DNA from: Octopus bimaculoides
Taxonomy: Eukaryota
Assembly: GCF_001194135.2 (NCBI RefSeq)
Contig: NC_068983.1
Location: 18,437,939-18,478,415 of the forward strand
Reading direction: 5' to 3'
Length of the DNA: 40,477 nt
This document shows positions 1-10,585 of the stretch, piece by piece. How positions within the stretch are numbered: position 1 is the stretch's first letter; the number at the start of each line of letters is the position of its first letter. Made by a program: the position numbers and the translations under genes. Under the pieces are notes generated by a model. The model saw only the letters and a program-made list of their open reading frames with translations. It did no database searches and was not told the origin of the DNA.

Positions 1-66
<66 letters not shown>

Positions 67-112
67 ATCGTATATATGTATAATATATATATGTCTATAT
101 TCATTTGTGTAT

Positions 113-145
<33 letters not shown>

Positions 146-148
146 CAC
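1..148. repeat. (TA)n and (CA)n microsatellites
   Basis: Direct: TA run from position 1 and CA run at ~111-148. Confidence 0.95.
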
Positions 149-470
149 ATGCGTGTCCTGGGTGTGACTTCAAAACATATCCCTAGCCAGGGAGGCCCTG
201 GTTCAGGATTTTCAGGATTTTGAGGAATTCGAAACCACTTCTTGCCCACTATTGTTTTGACGTCTACTATGTGGGTCCAGCTATATGTTAACCTATTATG
301 TAAATGATTGGGAGGGAAGGACCCTAAGTTCTTAGCAGAACGTCCTTCTAGGTGAGGTTCAGCTCTTACAATAAAAGCTGAAGTGCATTTAGTTTCTCGT
401 CGTTAGAACTTTTCTTGTTCCACTGGTTTTATAGCTAACTTTGCTGAGAAGTGGATCAGTGCTGTGCAAC
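146..470 (-). mobile_element. Penelope-like retroelement fragment (RT thumb / RT-endonuclease linker), degenerate
   Basis: Minus frame reads EQEKF*RRETKCTSAFIVRAEPHLEG...NRLTYSWTHIVDVKTIVGKKWFRIPQNPENPEPGPPWLG. The spacing F-x2-R-x7-F-x2-R-x2-P and LTY-x6-VKTIVxKxWxI...PPxL matches the Penelope FxxRxxxLxxxFxxRGYP and LTY...IKxIxxKxWxIL...PPxL motifs (recalled family knowledge, matched by eye). Confidence 0.55.
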
Positions 471-1210
471 TCTTTATCTACCCAATATAATTAAATGCAC
501 ATGAACTTCTTTGACTTTCGAACGACGTTTGCACGGAATTATTGTGTTTAGGAGCCGGTCTTACTCGCTCACGAATTGACTTCCAACATATATGTGTATA
601 TAACTTTGTAATTTATATATATATTTTTATTTTTGCCAATCGATTTAAAAGCGTTCTGAAATGTTTCTTTACAATGTCGTCATATCAAACCACATCGAAT
701 GATATTTTATAAAGATCTCAACGATTTCTGTTCAAAATAAGAATAATTACGTTCATTTCAGTATAACTTTGTTGCATTCTCACATGTTTAGCTTGTATGT
801 TATGATGAATAATGTCAGAAATTTCGCGTTTTATTGATGTTACTACAATTACTTGTATTGATACGGTAGAAATAACAACGTTATTGCTTACTAGCCCTTT
901 GAGGAAAATTCGCGAACCAAAGAAAAGTGGGGGAAGTTTACAGTAGCAAACATCAATCCAAAAAGGATTTCATGAGAGACTTCGATATATTTAGTTGAGT
1001 GTTTGAAGGGATGAAGAGGATGAGCTTTCGGATTTCTGCTATTGGCTTTGGTTTTCAGCAAATAAATATGAGAGTATAATTTCTGTAGCCAATCCGAACA
1101 TTACAACAGCGACCACAGTCATAGAAATCCATTAAACTCTCTCGCTATCATGATGGTTGATTTCTGTAACCTTATCACAAGACGACACATTTAAGAATTT
1201 ATATATTAGA

Positions 1211-1887
1211 AAACTACTACTACTACTACTACTACTACAACCACCTACACCACCACCACCACCACCACCAATACCACCACCACCACCNNNNNNNNNNNNN
1301 NNNNNNNNNNNNNNNNNNNNNNNNNNNNNNNNNNNNNNNNNNNNNNNNNNNNNNNNNNNNNNNNNNNNNNNNNNNNNNNNNNNNNNNNNNNNNNNNNNNN
1401 NNNNNNNNNNNNNNNNNNNNNNNNNNNNNNNNNNNNNNNNNNNNNNNNNNNNNNNNNNNNNNNNNNNNNNNNNNNNNNNNNNNNNNNNNNNNNNNNNNNN
1501 NNNNNNNNNNNNNNNNNNNNNNNNNNNNNNNNNNNNNNNNNNNNNNNNNNNNNNNNNNNNNNNNNNNNNNNNNNNNNNNNNNNNNNNNNNNNNNNNNNNN
1601 NNNNNNNNNNNNNNNNNNNNNNNNNNNNNNNNNNNNNNNNNNNNNNNNNNNNNNNNNNNNNNNNNNNNNNNNNNNNNNNNNNNNNNNNNNNNNNNNNNNN
1701 NNNNNNNNNNNNNNNNNNNNNNNNNNNNNNNNNNNNNNNNNNNNNNNNNNNNNNNNNNNNNNNNNNNNNNNNNNNNNNNNNNNNNNNNNNNNNNNNNNNN
1801 NNNNNNNNNNNNNNNNNNNNNNNNNNNNNNNNNNNNNNNNNNNNNNNNNNNNNNNNNNNNNNNNNNNNNNNNNNNNNNNNCACCACC

Positions 1888-1954
<67 letters not shown>

Positions 1955-1971
1955 GTACTACTACTACTACT
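1211..1971. repeat. Compound (CTA)n-(CCA)n-[gap]-(CCA)n-(CTA)n trinucleotide microsatellite
   Basis: Direct; N-gap at 1288-1880 inside the tract. Confidence 0.95.
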
Positions 1972-2937
1972 ATGCAGTAAAACAACTGGTTGTTTTGCGA
2001 ATGAATTATCTTTCATTCAGTGATACGTTTAATTTCTTATGCCGCTACGCTAGACTCGATGAAATATTATCATGTTAATAGCTTCTTAGAAAACAACTTA
2101 TAAATTATATAACTCAACTGTATGAATTTAAAGAAAAAGACTTTTGGCATGTTATTCAAAGAAAACTACAGTTTCAATGGCGTTTGACAGGGATAGTATT
2201 TAAATAAAAATCCTTATTGAATTAAAGTTATATATTGAAATATTGTTCTTCAGAACATGAAAGCAATTGCTTCGTTAAATCATAAATGATGAAATACAAG
2301 CTAACTATATTGTACCGCCAGTTGTCATAGATATATGAAAAGTTACTGAAAGATATACAACATACAATATTGAGATATGGCATTTTAATTTCGTAAATTA
2401 CATCTATAGAGGTGACACAATTTTATTACTTACCCGGTTCTAAGACAATTTTATCTCCTCCCAATTTATTAATGGCTCAATAGCATTCATATAGCTAGGT
2501 CCATCGCGTTTGCAAATATTTTTGCTTGCGTGCGCCTGGGTTTCTGCATGTATGTTTATGTATATTCTGAAGTGGTGTGGTCGAATAGGATGTATGAAAT
2601 TATTAGATACCTTGTAGAAAACAAAATGATTAGGGGAGAGTATTTGTCTGAAATGTTATCACATTTCGTTAGAGTCAGCAGTATCGATCAGGTAATCAAA
2701 GAGAAATGTAATTGAATTTGGGAGTTGCAATTCGGCATTTGGTTAAGATTAATTGATTTGGAATCATTCCATCGTTGAAAGCCACATAGGTGTAATACAA
2801 AGGATAACGTCCATAATATACAGAGCATGCTACAAACAGTCTCTCGAAAATGTTCGCGATGCGGCGGAGTAGGGAAGCTCTCCATAAGTTGCTTTCTATA
2901 TAATAAAACATTAGAGCTTCGTCACTTTGTGAACTAC

Positions 2938-3107
<170 letters not shown>

Positions 3108-4267
3108 GTGCATGTGTGTATGCGTGAATGTACACAAACACACACGCACATACACATACACACGTGTATATGTATGTTTGTGTCTATCAGTGCATACATA
3201 TCTCCGAAAGGTAAATAAATCCGATCCGTTGGCTGAATATATCTCAGGTCAAGTAGGGTAATTAAACTTTCACATGATCAATGGGGTCAGCAAAGTCTGC
3301 AGTACAGCCCTTCATATAGGAATTGTGAAAATCTTCCACCATCACCGAATCAATTTTACCTCTCAAAATTCTCTTAATATCTCTCTTGCTACAGTCTTGC
3401 AATATAAATACAGAATTCAGTCTACAGAATTGAGCAATAAACATGAAATAATTCTTTTAGAAAAAAATCATTGAATTTGGAATGCAGTTACTACAAAACA
3501 TTTCTTAATTACAATTAACGTTGTTGAATACTAATCGCATTTTGATGTAACTATTACATTGATATAGCTTCACATAACGGACTAACAAAATGACAGTATG
3601 ACAACATGTATAATTAGATATAAAGCACAAAATAAATATTACAAAACAAACTAGCAGACGAAATGAGATTATACTTTTCCTGCAGAGATAAGAAGAATTC
3701 ATTATCTATCGAGAATTATATGAAAGAATTATATGAATCGTAATAACTGAAAAAAGAACAAACAAAAATAACCAACAAAACAGATAGATCTTCGTCATGT
3801 CTGCGAATTGAAGCATCCTCTTCCAGCTCAAATTCAATATCAATAAAAGATCATAACGGCATATAATTTGTATATGAAAAGGCTGTAAGTAAGAGGGTGA
3901 TATTTCAATAATTCAACTAGACGTCACCCAGTCTGAAACGCAGATTCAATTGTAAGATATCCACATATAAATGTAAGGTATTCAGTCTCTCTGATTGTAG
4001 ACATCTTGTTGAATATAACCTCACGATCTCATGCTGCCGAAATAGTTAAATATTTTTATGCCTAATCAAACTACATCGCGGAAATATGATTATATAATAC
4101 GCATTTATTGATTTACATGGCCAGAGTCATTTATTCTAGACACCACTATCCACAAGACCTCATGTAATTAAATTTTAGTTTAAATTAATGCTATATGGAT
4201 ATAAAATCTATGTTGAGATGAGTTATGCTACAATAATTATATGTATGTCTTCAGACGTGTGTCCCTA

Positions 4268-4299
<32 letters not shown>

Positions 4300-4417
4300 G
4301 AGAAGCACTACCCGTTCNNNNNNNNNNNNNNNNNNNNNNNNNNNNNNNNNNNNNNNNNNNNNNNNNNNNNNNNNNNNNNNNNNNNNNNNNNNNNNNNNNN
4401 NNNNNNNNNNNNNNNNN

Positions 4418-4448
<31 letters not shown>

Positions 4449-6364
4449 GTGTGTGTACATATATATAATATGATATAAAATATGTATTTGTGTTTAATAT
4501 AACGTAACGCATATATTACACTACACAAAAAAACACCCACACACACATATACATATATAAGTTATGTCAGTGAGTTATTAATATATCGACTATGATGAAT
4601 TATATTTATTATGAAACTTCATAAAAGAAAACTGTCATGGCCGTTGGTTCTGATGCGAGAAAAATAAAGCCAAAATAAAACAAAAATAAACTAGGAAAAG
4701 AAATACTGAATGGAATATATATTTAAAATGCAACAAAACAAAATAACAGAACGCATCAAAGAAACTAAGATTTTCTGGAAACTTAGTAATCAAATGAGAA
4801 TCATATTCTTCAGGATACATATTAAGGTCTATTGGTAATAACTACTAAGGAAATTAGCTGAACATATGAAAAGAATATACATGTTACAACTCGTAACCAC
4901 TTTACTATCGTGACGAGAATATGATTTCCTGAATATTTCGGTGTCTTTCGGACCAATTAAGAGCGTTTGCTGAGCAATTTCCTCACATTTCTTAAGCGTA
5001 AATAAAAGGGCCGCAACATATAAGAGATAGGGAATATATATCACAATGTATTCATACACACCTGTATATACATAATTTATATATATATATATATATATAT
5101 ATNNNNNNNNNNNNNNNNNNNNNNNNNNNNNNNNNNNNNNNNNNNNNNNNNNNNNNNNNNNNNNNNNNNNNNNNNNNNNNNNNNNNNNNNNNNNNNNNNN
5201 NNNNNNNNNNNNNNNNNNNNNNNNNNNNNNNNNNNNNNNNNNNNNNNNNNNNNNNNNNNNNNNNNNNNNNNNNNNNNNNNNNNNNNNNNNNNNNNNNNNN
5301 NNNNNNNNNNNNNNNNNNNNNNNNNNNNNNNNNNNNNNNNNNNNNNNNNNNNNNNNNNNNNNNNNNNNNNNNNNNNNNNNNNNNNNNNNNNNNNNNNNNN
5401 NNNNNNNNNNNNNNNNNNNNNNNNNNNNNNNNNNNNNNNNNNNNNNNNNNNNNNNNNNNNNNNNNNNNNNNNNNNNNNNNNNNNNNNNNNNNNNNNNNNN
5501 NNNNNNNNNNNNNNNNNNNNNNNNNNNNNNNNNNNNNNNNNNNNNNNNNNNNNNNNNNNNNNNNNNNNNNNNNNNNNNNNNNNNNNNNNNNNNNNNNNNN
5601 NNNNNNNNNNNNNNNNNNNNNNNNNNNNNNNNNNNNNNNNNNNNNNNNNNNNNNNNNNNNNNNNNNNNNNNNNNNNNNNNNNNNNNNNNNNNNNNNNNNN
5701 NNNNNNNNNNNNNNNNNNNNNNNNNNNNNNNNNNNNNNNNNNNNNNNNNNNNNNNATATATATATATATATATATACATACATGTATATATATATGCACC
5801 ACACGTATGTATTTAGATATCCAATATTTTTATAGTATTTAAGAGGATTACGGCAATATTCATGATTTCAGTGACGTTTGTCTCAAACTTAACGCCAGCA
5901 TGCAAGACTTCAACGCACTTCTGAATACAGTTTCATCCCAAATACCTGATATGACACCCTTTTTGGGATCTAGCAGTAGGACTGATTATTCTGATTTTAT
6001 TGGAAAATATGTGAACTGTTCAAAAATAGACGTAATTGACTTTATACTTCATTGAACATCTTTTGTAACATTAGACATGACTCAGTATACTACTGTTGTT
6101 TCAAGACCACCCGCATCCAACTCTCAGCGGCTATTGAAACAAATATTGTATTCAAATTGTAAGTTCCTTGTGAGGTAATATTGTAAAGAATATAAACAAT
6201 TGAAATGTATTCTTAATGAAATGTTTCATCTGAATATTATAAAGTTTTCCATGGTTCCATTTGAATTTGCATTGAATTGATAGAGGTGGTGACTAACTTT
6301 TTCATAATTCCTCTCAACGTATGTTCAACGATAATATGAAGATATTTGTGAAGTAAACAAGGGC

Positions 6365-7080
6365 TCAACGATGCCAGAATGGATTTGGAAAACAGGAAGA
6401 ACTGCCATTTACTTATGGTGGTTCTACAAATACAATAGAGATAAGCAGATGCTAAAATCTCTCTAATAAAAAACTAAAGCAAGAACAAATGGTTGGGGCA
6501 GTTAAAGAAGCAGACTTTCTTGAAGATTGATAATCTTTAAAATAGAATAATCGACTAGCGTAATAGAATAAAGAAAATGACAGGGCGTATGACATAACAC
6601 TTCAATTTACAACATTCTGTACGTTAGAGAAGCATGCCTAAATAATGCAAGCCTAGCATTGTGTGACATCTGAAGACAATAACTGAAAAAGTAATTTTCG
6701 AGAAATAACGTTGGATAAGCAGTTTTCTACTGAGCTTAGAGCACAGATAAATCACATCTTTGGATGATAACAATTCATTCTAAAGAAAATTCTGACGAGA
6801 GATGAAAAGATTCAACCTAGATTAGGTGTATGTTGATGAGACCTTGAAGAAATATTATCTCTTCATGACAAAAGCGTAGAACATCAGGTGACAAAAAAAA
6901 AAATGTGGAATGTGAAATTACCGGAAAGGACATGAAGGCTAGAAGTACAAAAACTGACCTTGCATTTAAAAGCCATTTCTCAATGGCAATATAAATGTGA
7001 CAAATTGGTTGTAAGAGGCAGAATGAAATTTGATACTAAAACGCACACAAAAAGCAAACGTACAGGAATGAAAGTGTGAC
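6365..7080 (+). mobile_element. Degenerate Dong/R4-clade non-LTR retrotransposon reverse transcriptase
   Basis: Ordered RT-like motifs across frameshifts and stops: MPEWIWKTGRT (6371-6403; cf. PxWLxxGRT), QEQMVG...LKID (cf. EQxG...LLID), DRAYDIT (6579-6599; cf. KAYDSV), VYVDETLKKY (6826-6855; cf. LYMDDLKLY), KCGM*NYRKG (~6900-6930). Confidence 0.6.
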
Positions 7081-7110
7081 AGTTTTCACCTAGGAGGGCA
7101 ATAGGAAACC

Positions 7111-7230
7111 GCTGCATTGAGTAGTAGGTTTCTCCGGCTCTTTAAGTTGTGAGTTCAAATGCCGCGGTGGTCAACTTTGCCTTTCATCATTTTGAGATCT
7201 GTAAAATAAAGTACCAGTCAATTACCCCAC
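7111..7230 (+). mobile_element. Cephalopod tRNA-derived SINE fragment
   Basis: B-box GAGTTCAAAT followed by GGTCAACTTTGCCTTTCATC...AAAATAAAGTACCAGT, homologous to the copies at 35314-35765. Confidence 0.65.
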
Positions 7231-8078
7231 TTTAAAATGTTTATCTTTTGCTAAAAGTAGAAACTATCATATTGAAGGTATTCCTTTATTAAACTATCTC
7301 TAGTCTGCTAAAATAGAATTTGATGGCCCCGGTGAAATATGTAATGTTGCATACAGGCCACAATAAAAGTCGATACATTTATTAAATGCTACTAACTAGA
7401 ATTATCAAAAATGACCGGCAAACTGAGTGGTCAAAACAATTAATAAATTCAAATACTTAGTTACTTGCAAACTACAGTATATGAACGAATTATATAGCAA
7501 AATATCATTTTACATGGTACTTGCTACAACGTTTCTTTTGAACCTTTTACTTACAACTTTTCAGAAAGAGTTCATTTTTATATTTTAAAAGTCTTACCTT
7601 TTGTCTTATAAAGTCTTGCGTCCCTGCAACGAATTATAGACAATCTCATTCAGAAAAATATCTTAGAATATTTGATCGCGTATTTGAATGGCGTCATAAT
7701 CTGGGCTACAATAAGCTATAATAAAACTATAACGAAACTGTTAAGCACATCGGTTGCAATGATAAGACGCAATAATTCGCATAATAAAGTGCCATAACTT
7801 TTCAATTAACATGTAAGTACATCGATATTTTATTTTTTTCAATTTCTGTATTTCAAATTGCGCACTGGTCCCCTTTCGTTTAACTCCATTTGTATAGAAT
7901 GCTAATAATAAATTTGTATTTTGGGATTGTTCGCTTATTTTATCGAAGACTATCCTTCTGGGAGTAGGGTGAAACGATGTTCCGTGATTTTAAAGCTGCA
8001 ATTAGGAAACCTGTTTAACCTGAGTATACAAACAATAGCCAAGAGATTAGTTTAAATAACAGCTGCAGGCATGAAAGA

Positions 8079-8872
8079 GTGAGAGGCACCATTCATCCCA
8101 ACTTAAACGTGAATGTTCTATTAGAAGAAAACTTTCCAGCAATAGAAATCATGAGAGAAATTCCCATATTGGTGTTCGGTTCAAAATGCGCTTTTATTTA
8201 TATCGTAAGTACGGAGATAAATTCCAGCTGCGTCCAGCGCCGAGGCCACCAGTTCGGGTGATTTCGACCTTCCTTGGTCTTGTCAATTATGGACGCTCGA
8301 CCGCTAGTGATAGCAGCGACTCATCTCCCCGCCAGCGATATAGAAAACTAGTGTCAGGACAGGCGCTGGTTTCTTCTCGCTAGCAATATAAAGAGAGGAG
8401 TGCATTTTGTACTAAAAACCCAATATGAGACTTTCGATCATGGTAACTAGCGCAGTGAAGTTTGTTCTGGCAGAACATCTACGCTTATGTGGGGTTAAAT
8501 ATTAACCCCCACTTTCCCGGTATTAATACTGCATCTGTCACTGATATATATTTTTTAACAAGCTCACTAGCTAATCGCGAAACCAACACCTATCCTGGCA
8601 CTGATTTTCTATATCGCTGGTGGGGAGATGAATCACTAGCGTTCGAGCATCCCCCAGTGACGAGAACAAGGAAGGTCAGAATCACGTGATCTGATGTAAT
8701 TGACGCTTGAGGCGGCGGGAATTTATCTCCCGCAAGCGATATAAAAAGAATGCATTTTGACCAGAAGTCAATATGAGAGTTTCTCTCATGGTGTCTAACG
8801 CAGAACATCCACGTTTAAGTGGAGATAAATTTTAACTTTTGGCATCTGTCGCTAATATATATTTTTTAAAAA
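8079..8872. repeat. Composite nested inverted-repeat cassette (B'-A-B-A'-B) of unknown nature
   Basis: Direct: A (8258-8384, +) and A' (8567-8685, -) are diverged inverted copies. B occurs three times (8080-8226 -, 8385-8563 +, 8718-8874 +). GCATGAAAGA occurs as a direct repeat at 8069-8078 and 8873-8882. Confidence 0.85.
8740..8771 (+). promoter_or_regulatory. Candidate TATA box plus initiator-like element in B unit 3 (paralogous TATA boxes at 8387-8392 + and ~8197-8202 -)
   Basis: TATAAA at 8740-8745 with TCA(+1)AT placing the A at 8770, 30 nt downstream; the TATA is retained in all three B copies. Function is inferred only. Confidence 0.3.
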
Positions 8873-9050
8873 GCATGAAAGACTTTTGCAGTCACTAAAT
8901 TTCTTCCGAGTAAAATACTTAAACAGCTGTAAAATAGGATTATACGACTTCTTTTCCCTACGACAGTTAAGAAACTGAAGTCACAATTCTTCTCAGTGAC
9001 TACTCAAATATCAATTGCTTTTTGTATGGTATGAAATGCAAAGTTAATAT

Positions 9051-9261
9051 TCTTTTGTACTCTAGGTACAAGGCCTGAAATTTTGGTTGAGGGGGCCAGT
9101 CGATTAGATCGACCCAGTACGCAACTGGTATTTAATTTATCGAGCTCGAAAGGAGGAAAGGCAAAGTTGACCTCGACGGAATTTGAACTCAGAACGTAAA
9201 AAACAAAATACCGTTAAGAATTTTGCCCGGCGTGCTAACGTTTCTCCCAGCTCGCCGTCTT
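9051..9261 (-). mobile_element. Cephalopod tRNA-derived SINE with 16-bp target-site duplication
   Basis: Reverse complement of the SINE at 35316. Flanks AATGCAAAGTTAATAT (9035-9050) and AATGCAAAGTCAATAT (9262-9277) match at 15/16. Confidence 0.9.
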
Positions 9262-9519
9262 AATGCAAAGTCAATATCAAGAACGTGTAAACTTTATGCT
9301 GGAGTTCATGTTTTCTGTTGCAGGATGTTATTTCTTTCGGAATTTCTGAAGGCTACGTGTATAACACTAGTGTGTTATTCTTACTGAGTTGCGTCTCCTC
9401 CTAATCTCTTATATTAATATAAATCTTTCTTGCAATACAGGATCGGGACATGCTAAACATTAAACATGATTAGGCCTTCTTGTAATATTTGTAATTGGAA
9501 ATAAATGAAAGTAGTTATA

Positions 9520-9980
9520 TTTATCTTTTATCTTTTAACTTTTATTTGTTGCAGTCATTTGATTGCGGCCATACTGGAACATTTGTTTAAAGCCTAGTAC
9601 TTATTCTATTGGTCTATTTTGCCCAGCTGCTAAGTTACGGGGATGTAAACACACCAACACCGGTTGACAAGCGTTAGTGGGAGACAAACACAGACAAACA
9701 GACATATACACTTAGATATCAACGACTGGCTATCATAGGTCTCCGGCTACCAAATCCAATCAGAAGGCTTTGGTCAGCCCGAGCCTCTAGTAGAAGACAC
9801 TTGGCCAAGGTGTCACGCAGTTAGACTCAATCTGACCCCATGTAGCCGGGAAGCAAATTTCTTACTACATGTCACGCCTGCGACTAGTAGAAGACACTTA
9901 CCTCAAATGCCACGCAGTGAGACTGAATCCAGAACCATGTTGTTGGTAAGCATGCTTCTTATCACACAGCCACCCCTGCC
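9520..9980 (-). mobile_element. Cephalopod tRNA-derived SINE (longer family) with duplicated 5' head
   Basis: Shares CAGTCATTT..CTGCGGCCA..CTGGA, CTAAGTTACGG and CTACCAAATCCA.TCA.AAGGCT blocks with 10105-10585. The tRNA-like head appears twice (9788-9881, 9882-9980). Confidence 0.8.
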
Positions 9981-10104
9981 ATGGAATTTGGACTGAAATA
10001 AGGCGTGTGTGTACTAATATCTGGAATCTTAACATAAAAATAAATACCAAAACATTTACAGAAATCGTTATATAGAATTACTCTAATTTCTTTCTATAGA
10101 ATGT

Positions 10105-10585
<481 letters not shown>

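Noticed and set aside
2428-2565. Consensus minus-strand splice donor GG|GTAAGT at 2434/2433
   Set aside because: All three frames have a stop within 46 nt upstream; it could only be a UTR or micro-exon and nothing else supports it.
2688-2885. Minus ORF with a GPCR TM4-like stretch (VCSMLCILWTLSFVLHLCGFQRWN)
   Set aside because: A single hydrophobic segment with stops soon after and no neighbouring TM helices; an overlapping frame is equally open.
4860-4990. Minus open frame KCEEIAQQTLLIGPKDTEIFRKSYSRHDSKVV after a pyrimidine-rich AG
   Set aside because: No convincing donor and no recognisable family; expected by chance.
7946-7963. AAGACTATCCTTCTGGGA resembles the U3 snoRNA 5' end
   Set aside because: Box A (GATCATTTCT) and boxes B, C and D do not follow.
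8625-8694. GAGATGA...CTGA as a possible box C/D snoRNA in unit A'
   Set aside because: Box C is non-canonical, there is no terminal stem, and the CTGA lies outside the region shared with unit A.
8809-8867. CCAC...GTGG and TGGCATCT recall the U6atac 3' region
   Set aside because: The diagnostic U6atac 5' sequence (AAGGAGAG, AGC triad, ISL) is absent.
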